A stretch of 30,634 nucleotides of DNA. Source: a virus. Its lineage: Duplodnaviria > Heunggongvirae > Uroviricota > Caudoviricetes. Under the pieces are notes generated by a model. The model was not told where the DNA came from. It was given only the letters and a program-made list of their open reading frames with translations, and searched no databases. Positions 24,269 to 30,634 of the stretch are shown piece by piece. The stretch's first letter is position 1, and every line of letters begins with the position of its first letter. The translations under genes and the position numbers were made by a program. The stretch lies in the IMG/VR virus record IMGVR_UViG_2563366824_000009. The stretch is one strand, 5' to 3'.

Positions 24269-25447
24269 ATGAGTGATTTTCACCACGGCGTGCAGGTGCT
24301 TGAGATTAACGACGGCACCCGCGTCATTTCCACTGTTGCAACCGCAATCGTCGGCATGGTCTGTACAGCCAGCGATGCGGATGCGGCAACCTTTCCCCTC
24401 AACGAGCCGGTACTGATTACCAATGTGCAAAGCGCCATTGCGAAAGCCGGTAAAAAAGGCACGCTGGCCGCGTCCCTGCAGGCCATCGCCGACCAGTCAA
24501 AACCTGTCACAGTTGTCGTGCGTGTTGCCGAAGGTACCGGAGAAGACGCCGAAGCGCAGACCATTTCCAATATCATCGGCGGCACGGATGAGAACGGTAA
24601 ATATACCGGCATCAAGGCGCTGTTGACTGCCGAAGCAGTCACCGGCGTTAAGCCGCGCATTCTCGGCGTGCCGGGTCTCGATACCAAAGAGGTCGCAGTC
24701 GCACTTGCTTCGGTCTGTATCAGCCTGCGCGCCTTTGGCTATATCAGCGCATGGGGTTGTAAAACCATTTCCGAGGCGATGGCCTATCGCGAGAATTTCA
24801 GTCAGCGCGAGCTGATGGTCATCTGGCCTGATTTCCTTGCATGGGATACCACCACAAACGCCACCGCACCGGCATACGCAACTGCGCGCGCACTCGGCCT
24901 GCGTGCCTATATCGACCAGACCGTCGGCTGGCACAAAACCCTGTCTAACGTCGGCGTGCAGGGTGTTACCGGCATCAGTGCGTCAGTGTTTTGGGATTTG
25001 CAGGCATCCGGCACCGATGCTGATCTGCTCAACGAGGCCGGGGTCACGACACTGGTGCGTAAGGATGGCTTCCGCTTTTGGGGTAACCGCACCTGCTCTG
25101 ATGACCCGCTTTTCCTGTTTGAGAACTACACCCGCACCGCGCAGGTGCTGGCCGACACGATGGCCGAGGCGCACATGTGGGCGGTCGATAAGCCCATCAC
25201 CGCATCACTTATCCGTGACATTGTCGACGGCATTAACGCCAAATTCCGCGAGCTGAAATCAAACGGCTACATCGTGGACGGTGAATGCTGGTTCGACGAG
25301 GAATCGAACGATAAGGAAACCCTCAAGGCCGGGAAACTGTATATCGACTACGACTATACACCGGTTCCACCACTGGAAAGCCTAACCCTGCGCCAGCGTA
25401 TCACCGATAAATATCTGGTGAATCTGGCCGAATCGGTCAACAGCTAA
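24269..25447 (+). CDS. FI: Tail sheath protein (P2 gpFI family)
   Basis: Start at ATG 24269 (MSDFHHGVQVLEINDGTRV...), ACGGAG SD; 392 aa; close match to recalled P2 FI. Confidence 0.9.
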   Translation: MSDFHHGVQVLEINDGTRVISTVATAIVGMVCTASDADAATFPLNEPVLITNVQSAIAKAGKKGTLAASLQAIADQSKPVTVVVRVAEGTGEDAEAQTISNIIGGTDENGKYTGIKALLTAEAVTGVKPRILGVPGLDTKEVAVALASVCISLRAFGYISAWGCKTISEAMAYRENFSQRELMVIWPDFLAWDTTTNATAPAYATARALGLRAYIDQTVGWHKTLSNVGVQGVTGISASVFWDLQASGTDADLLNEAGVTTLVRKDGFRFWGNRTCSDDPLFLFENYTRTAQVLADTMAEAHMWAVDKPITASLIRDIVDGINAKFRELKSNGYIVDGECWFDEESNDKETLKAGKLYIDYDYTPVPPLESLTLRQRITDKYLVNLAESVNS

Positions 25448-25462
25448 GGAGCCTGAAACAAC

Positions 25463-25981
25463 ATGGCACTACCCCGCAAACTTAAATATCTGAACATGTT
25501 CAATGACGGCCTTAGCTACATGGGCGTTGTTGAATCCGTGACGCTGCCGAAGCTGACCCGCAAGCTCGAAAACTATCGCGGCGGCGGCATGAATGGCGCG
25601 GCGGCGATTGACCTTGGTCTCGACGATGATGCGCTCACCGTCGAATGGTCTGTCGGTGGCCTGCCTGATGTGGCGCTATGGGCGCAGTACGCCGCGCCGG
25701 GTGCTGACGCTGTGCCGTTGCGTTTTGCTGGCTCTTACCAACGTGACGACACTGGCGAAATCGTGGCGGTCGAGGTGGTCATGCGTGGCCGTCATAAAGA
25801 AATCGACGGCGGCGAGAATAAGCAGGGTGAAAACACCTCGACCAAACTGTCGACCGTATGCACCTATTACCGCCTCACGATTGATGGTAGCGACGTCATC
25901 GAAATCGACACCGTCAACATGGTTGAGAAGGTGAACGGCGTCGACCGTCTGGAACAGCACCGCCGCGCAATCGGGCTGTAA
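25463..25981 (+). CDS. FII: Tail tube protein (P2 gpFII family)
   Basis: 172 aa, same as P2 FII; position. Confidence 0.9.
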   Translation: MALPRKLKYLNMFNDGLSYMGVVESVTLPKLTRKLENYRGGGMNGAAAIDLGLDDDALTVEWSVGGLPDVALWAQYAAPGADAVPLRFAGSYQRDDTGEIVAVEVVMRGRHKEIDGGENKQGENTSTKLSTVCTYYRLTIDGSDVIEIDTVNMVEKVNGVDRLEQHRRAIGL

Positions 25982-26044
25982 TTCCCTGACCGGTCAGCAC
26001 TGCTGGCCGGTTATTAATCCCCATTCAGAGCAGAGAAAAACATC

Positions 26045-26380
26045 ATGGCAAAAGCACCACGTAAAACCGCTGAATTTGTTGATATGGCTGGCAATGAAAT
26101 TGACACCGTAAACCCGAACGTCGTGACCCTCGACAAGCCGATTAAGCGCGCCGGTCAGACGATTGATAAAGTCACCCTGATTGAGCCGAACGCCGGTACC
26201 CTGCGCGGTGTCAGTCTGGCGGCGGTGGCGCAGTCCGAGGTCGATGCGCTGATTAAAGTGCTGCCCCGCATGACCTATCCCGCGCTCACCACGCAGGAGC
26301 TAACCGCGATGAACCTGCCCGATATGCTTTCGCTGGCCGCTAAGGTGATTGGTTTTTTGTCACCGGCTTCGGCGGAGTAG
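26045..26380 (+). CDS. E: Tail assembly chaperone E
   Basis: 111 aa; between tube and tape measure genes. Confidence 0.8.
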   Translation: MAKAPRKTAEFVDMAGNEIDTVNPNVVTLDKPIKRAGQTIDKVTLIEPNAGTLRGVSLAAVAQSEVDALIKVLPRMTYPALTTQELTAMNLPDMLSLAAKVIGFLSPASAE

Positions 26381-26527
26381 ATTTTCCGCCCGACCTGTCG
26401 ACCGATGACCTGATGGCGGATATTGCAGTGATATTCCACTGGTCGCCATCAGAGCTCTATTCCCTGAGCCTGACCGAGCTCATCACATGGCGCGAAAAGG
26501 CGCTACAGCGTAGCGGAAACCACAATG
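26045..26527 (+). CDS. Tail assembly chaperone E+E' (-1 programmed frameshift product)
   Basis: Slippery run GGTTTTTTG at 26351..26359; -1 frame continues ...DLMADIAVIFHWSPSELYSLSLTELITWREKALQRSGNHNE to a TAA at 26525..26527 that overlaps the T start. Confidence 0.7.
26353..26359 (+). other. Programmed -1 ribosomal frameshift slippery site (T TTT TTG)
   Basis: Heptanucleotide near the 3' end of E; conserved position of the E/E' (G/GT-like) frameshift of long-tailed phages. Confidence 0.65.
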
Positions 26528-28969
26528 AGTAATAACCTGAGGCTTGAGGTATTGCTGAAAGCGGTCGACCAGGCGACCCGACCGCTTAAATCCATCCAGA
26601 CCGCGAGTAAAACCCTCTCGGGTGATATTCGCGACACACAAAAAGGGCTGCGTGACCTGAACGGTCAGGCATCGAAAATCGACGGCTTTCGCAAGGCAAG
26701 CGCTCAACTGGCCGTGACCAGTCAGTCGCTTGAGAAAGCGAAACGCGAAGCCGGTGAACTGGCCGTGCAGTTTAAAAACACCACCAGTCCGACCCGGGCG
26801 CAGGCGCAGGCACTCGACGCTGCAAAGCGTGCCGCCTCTGAGCTGCAGACGAAATACAACAGCCTGAGAGCGTCGGTACAGCGTCAGCGCTCCGAGCTGA
26901 TGCAGGCCGGTATTAATACCCGCACCCTGTCTGCTGATGAGCGTCGGCTCAAAACCTCCATCAGCGAAACGACGGCGCAGCTTAACCGCCAGCGTGAGGC
27001 ACTGGCGCGCGTCAGTGCGCAGCAGGCGAAATTAGGCCGGGTGAAAGAGCGATATAAATCAGGCAAGGAGCTTGCCGGTAACATGGCCGCTGCAGGTGCT
27101 GCCGGGGTCGGTATTGCGACAGCGGGAACGATGGCCGGGGTTAAATTGCTGATGCCCGGTTATGACTTTGCGCAAAAAAACTCCGAGCTGCAGGCTGTGC
27201 TCGGGGTCGATAAGCAGTCGCCAGAAATGCAGGCGTTACGCAAACAGGCGCGCCAGCTCGGTGACAATACAGCCGCTTCTGCTGATGATGCTGCCAGTGC
27301 GCAGATTATCATTGCAAAAGGTGGTGGTGATGCGGCGGCTATAGCGGCCATGACACCTGTGACTCTCAACCTGTCGCTTGCAAACAAAAAAACAATGGAG
27401 GAAAACGCGCAACTGTTGATGGGGACAAAAGCCGCCTTTCAGCTTTCTAATGACGCGGCTGCGCATATCGGTGATGTTCTTTCAACCACGATGAACAAAA
27501 CCACCGCTGATTTTCAGGGACTAAGTGACTCATTAAGTTACCTTGCCCCTGTTGCGAAAAATGCTGGGGTGAGTCTTGAACAGGCGGCGGCGATTACCGG
27601 CACACTTCATGATAATAACATCAGGGGGTCAATGGCTGGGACTGGCGGCGCTGCTGTTATAACGAGACTACAGGCACCCACAGGCAAAGCATACGATGCT
27701 CTCAAAGAGCTGGGAGTTAAAACCTCAGACAGCAAAGGCAATACGCGCCCGCTATTTACCATCCTGAAAGAAATGCAGGCCAGTTTTAAGCGCAACAATC
27801 TTGGTACCTCACAAAAGGCCGAGTACGTGAAAACGATATTCGGCGAGGAGGCTATGAAGTCTGCAAGTGTCCTTATGGCGGCAGCGGCAAGCGGAAAACT
27901 CGATAAGCTAACTGCCACGATAAAGGATTCAGACGGTAAAACAGAGGAGCTGGTCAAGGTTATGCAGGATAACCTCGGCGGCGACTTCAAGGAGTTCCAG
28001 TCAGCATATGAGGCGGTCGGCACTGACCTCTATGACCAGCAAGATAGCTCATTGCGTCAGCTAACTCAGACAGCAACACGGTATGTGCTAAAGCTTGATG
28101 ACTGGATCAAAGACAACAAGGAGTTAGCGGAAACTATCGGCATCATCGCCGGTGGTGCGCTGGCGCTGATTGGTATCATCGGCGGCATTGGTCTCGTTGC
28201 GTGGCCGGTTGTCATGGGGATTAATGCAATTATCGCCGCTGCTGGCGTGCTGGGTACGGTCTTTACTGTCGTCGGTAGTGCCATTGCGACAACGCTCGGT
28301 GCGATTACCTGGCCGATAGTGGCCGTCGGTGCGGCGATTGTGGCGGGGGCGCTACTCATCCGTAAATATTGGGAGCCCATCAGCGCATTTTTCTCGGGAG
28401 TGATTGAAGGCATCATGAGTGCCTTTGCCCCAGTCGGGGAAATGTTAGCTCCACTGGCTCCCATTTTTGATGGTCTCGGCGAGAAACTGCGCGGCGTCTG
28501 GCAGTGGTTTAAAGACCTGATAGCACCGGTTAAGGCCACGCAGGAAACGCTTGATAGCTGCAAAAATGTCGGCGTCATATTTGGTCAGGCACTGGCCTCT
28601 GCCTTGATGGCTCCGCTCAATGTTTTTAACAAGCTGCGCAGCGGTGTCGACTGGCTTCTCGAAAAGCTCGGCATCATCAACAAAGAGTCGGACAGCCTCG
28701 ACCAGACCGCCGCCAAAACCAATGCCGCCACACAGGGTAATTCCTACATCCCGGCAACCAGCACATATGGCGGTTATCAGGCTTATCAGCCAGTTACCGC
28801 ACCGGCGGGGCGCTCTTACATTGACCAGAGCAAAAGCGAATACAACATCAATCTGCCGGGAGGTGTTGCGCCGGGGCATCAGCTTGACAGACAACTACGC
28901 GACACGCTCGAACAGATTGAGCGCGATAAACGCGCCCGCCAGCGTGCCAACATGACCCACGACTATTGA
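26525..28969 (+). CDS. T: Tail tape measure protein (P2 gpT family)
   Basis: 814 aa; coiled-coil-rich N-terminus, Gly/Ala-rich hydrophobic segments in C-terminal half; position. Confidence 0.9.
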   Translation: MSNNLRLEVLLKAVDQATRPLKSIQTASKTLSGDIRDTQKGLRDLNGQASKIDGFRKASAQLAVTSQSLEKAKREAGELAVQFKNTTSPTRAQAQALDAAKRAASELQTKYNSLRASVQRQRSELMQAGINTRTLSADERRLKTSISETTAQLNRQREALARVSAQQAKLGRVKERYKSGKELAGNMAAAGAAGVGIATAGTMAGVKLLMPGYDFAQKNSELQAVLGVDKQSPEMQALRKQARQLGDNTAASADDAASAQIIIAKGGGDAAAIAAMTPVTLNLSLANKKTMEENAQLLMGTKAAFQLSNDAAAHIGDVLSTTMNKTTADFQGLSDSLSYLAPVAKNAGVSLEQAAAITGTLHDNNIRGSMAGTGGAAVITRLQAPTGKAYDALKELGVKTSDSKGNTRPLFTILKEMQASFKRNNLGTSQKAEYVKTIFGEEAMKSASVLMAAAASGKLDKLTATIKDSDGKTEELVKVMQDNLGGDFKEFQSAYEAVGTDLYDQQDSSLRQLTQTATRYVLKLDDWIKDNKELAETIGIIAGGALALIGIIGGIGLVAWPVVMGINAIIAAAGVLGTVFTVVGSAIATTLGAITWPIVAVGAAIVAGALLIRKYWEPISAFFSGVIEGIMSAFAPVGEMLAPLAPIFDGLGEKLRGVWQWFKDLIAPVKATQETLDSCKNVGVIFGQALASALMAPLNVFNKLRSGVDWLLEKLGIINKESDSLDQTAAKTNAATQGNSYIPATSTYGGYQAYQPVTAPAGRSYIDQSKSEYNINLPGGVAPGHQLDRQLRDTLEQIERDKRARQRANMTHDY

Positions 28970-28982
28970 GGGGGATTAAACG

Positions 28983-29468
28983 ATGATGCTTGCTCTCGGA
29001 ATGTTTGTGTTTGAACTTCGCACCCTGCCTTACCAGTCGATGCAGCATTCGAAAGATTATCGCTGGGTGTCCAATGACCGGGTGGGTAAACCACCTGCCT
29101 ATCAGTTTCTTGGCGAGGGGGAAACCTCTATACAGCTTGCTGGTACGCTATACCCCGCTATCACTGGCGGTTGGATCTCACTTAAGGCTGTAGAGGTGAT
29201 GGCCAATGAAGGCAGAGCGTGGCCGTTGATAGAGGGAACCGGAAATATCCTCGGGATGTATATCGTCGATAAAGTATCGACTACACGCACCGAGTTTTTC
29301 AGTGATGGTGCGGCCAGAAAGATTGATTTCACGCTTTCGCTAAAACGGGTTGATGAATCGCTGACAGAGATGTTTGGTGACCTGAATAAACAGGCCAGTG
29401 AGCTTCTCGGCTCTGCCGGTAATTTGACAGATAAACTGCAGGGTATGCCCGGAGGTTTCACTGCATGA
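28983..29468 (+). CDS. U: Tail protein U
   Basis: 161 aa; GAGGGGGA SD; position after T. Confidence 0.85.
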   Translation: MMLALGMFVFELRTLPYQSMQHSKDYRWVSNDRVGKPPAYQFLGEGETSIQLAGTLYPAITGGWISLKAVEVMANEGRAWPLIEGTGNILGMYIVDKVSTTRTEFFSDGAARKIDFTLSLKRVDESLTEMFGDLNKQASELLGSAGNLTDKLQGMPGGFTA

Positions 29469-30634
29469 TAACGGGGATGGCAATTGACGCCGGTGCCAGC
29501 CTTGCACCGGCATTTATGTTGACGCTGAACAGCCAGGACATTACCAGCAATTTTAGTGACCGATTGATTTCTCTCACCATGACCGATAACCGGGGTTTTG
29601 AGGCTGACCAGCTCGATATTGAGCTTGATGATACCGACGGGAAAGTTGAGTTACCCCTGCGCGGGGCAGTGCTGACGCTGTGGCTTGGCTGGCAGGGCTC
29701 GGCGTTGCTGAATAAGGGGGATTTTACGGTCGATGAGATTGAGCACCGGGGAGCGCCTGACACCCTGACCATCCGGGCGCGCAGCGCGGACTTTCGCGGC
29801 ACGCTAAATTCCAGGCGTGAAGAGTCATGGCATGACACCACCATCGGAGAACTGGTCAGCACCATCGCAAAACGCAATAAACTGACGGCCAGTGTCGCTG
29901 ATTCACTGAAAAAAATCCCGGTACCGCATATCGACCAGTCGCAGGAGTCCGACGCGGTGTTTCTGACCCGGCTAGCTGACCGAAACGGAGCTGCGGTGTC
30001 AGTGAAAGCGGGGAAATTGCTGTTTCTGAAAGTCGGTAGTGCGATGACGGCCAGCGGCAGACCCATCCCGCAAATGACGCTGACCCGTAGCAATGGTGAC
30101 CGTCATCAATTTGCTATTGCCGACCGTGGGGCTTATACCGGCGTAACGGCAAAATGGTTGCACACCAAAGACCCGAAGCCGCAAAAGCAAAAAGTGACGC
30201 TGAAACGCCAGCCAAAAGAGAAACACCTACGCGCACTGGAGCACCCGAAAGCAAAACCTGTCAGCAAAAAGACAAAGGCCAAAAAAGAGCAGGAGGCTCG
30301 CGAGGGTGAGTATATGGCCGGTGAAGCCGATAACGTGCTGGCGCTGACAACGGTCTACGCATCAAAGGCGCAGGCGATGCGTGCCGCTCAGGCTAAGTGG
30401 GATAAACTGCAGCGAGGCGTTGCGGAGTTTTCAATCACACTGGCGCTAGGGCGAGCGGATTTATTTCCTGAGACGCCTGTACGTGTGTCGGGCTTTAAGC
30501 GCGTCATAGACGAGCAGGCATGGTTAATCAGCAAGGTGACCCACAACCTCAATAATAACGGTTTCACGACGGGCTTAGAGCTTGAGGTTAAACTCTCCGA
30601 TGTGGAGTACAGCTCAGAAGAAAATGAGGAGTGA
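29465..30634 (+). CDS. D: Tail protein D (late control D family)
   Basis: 389 aa (P2 D about 387 aa); last gene of tail cluster; stop at window end. Confidence 0.9.
   Translation: MITGMAIDAGASLAPAFMLTLNSQDITSNFSDRLISLTMTDNRGFEADQLDIELDDTDGKVELPLRGAVLTLWLGWQGSALLNKGDFTVDEIEHRGAPDTLTIRARSADFRGTLNSRREESWHDTTIGELVSTIAKRNKLTASVADSLKKIPVPHIDQSQESDAVFLTRLADRNGAAVSVKAGKLLFLKVGSAMTASGRPIPQMTLTRSNGDRHQFAIADRGAYTGVTAKWLHTKDPKPQKQKVTLKRQPKEKHLRALEHPKAKPVSKKTKAKKEQEAREGEYMAGEADNVLALTTVYASKAQAMRAAQAKWDKLQRGVAEFSITLALGRADLFPETPVRVSGFKRVIDEQAWLISKVTHNLNNNGFTTGLELEVKLSDVEYSSEENEE

Larger units (their letters stand above)
1..30634. mobile_element. P2/186-like prophage, left end (int side) to gene D; right end outside window
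   Basis: Colinear P2-type gene order with matching protein lengths; integrase at left edge; cos-like 19-mer at 8310..8328; last ORF (D) ends exactly at window end. Confidence 0.9.

Noticed and set aside
28066-28894. Minus-strand ORFs (170 and 149 aa) antisense to the tape measure gene, and 211-aa ORF 29458..30093 antisense to D
   Set aside because: Contained in confident tail genes; no start signals.

Overview
The window is almost entirely one P2/186-like temperate myovirus prophage (peduovirus-type), read from the integrase end through the lysogeny and replication genes, a cos site, and the complete head, lysis and tail late cluster to gene D. The right end (ogr, attR) lies beyond the window. 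Gene order and protein lengths follow P2/186 almost gene for gene (int, CI-like repressor, Cox/Apl-position gene, CII, TraR-like, A; then Q P divergent from O N M L X Y K lysB lysC R S V W J I H G FI FII E/E' T U D). All family assignments are from reading the six-frame translations and recalling motifs and gene order; no database search was run. The accessory content stands out against this backbone. (1) The leading candidate for an undescribed system is a visibly AT-rich two-gene operon on the minus strand between tail genes S and V: a roughly 4-TM membrane protein translationally coupled to a HIT (histidine-triad) protein. (2) A near-consensus LexA box sits in front of a Tum-like gene that is split by one in-frame TAG into a 60-aa ORF and a DinI-like ORF, alongside a repressor that appears to carry an S24-like C-terminal domain. 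(3) The region between A and cos holds small genes, two of which are each followed by a copy of a 69-nt element with a 15-bp RNA stem showing compensatory changes, plus a 33-aa hydrophobic peptide gene with its own terminator. (4) A Gin/Hin-type tail-fibre inversion switch has both 26-bp crossover sites intact but its invertase gene is frameshifted and truncated. (5) A signal-peptide protein moron lies between int and the repressor.
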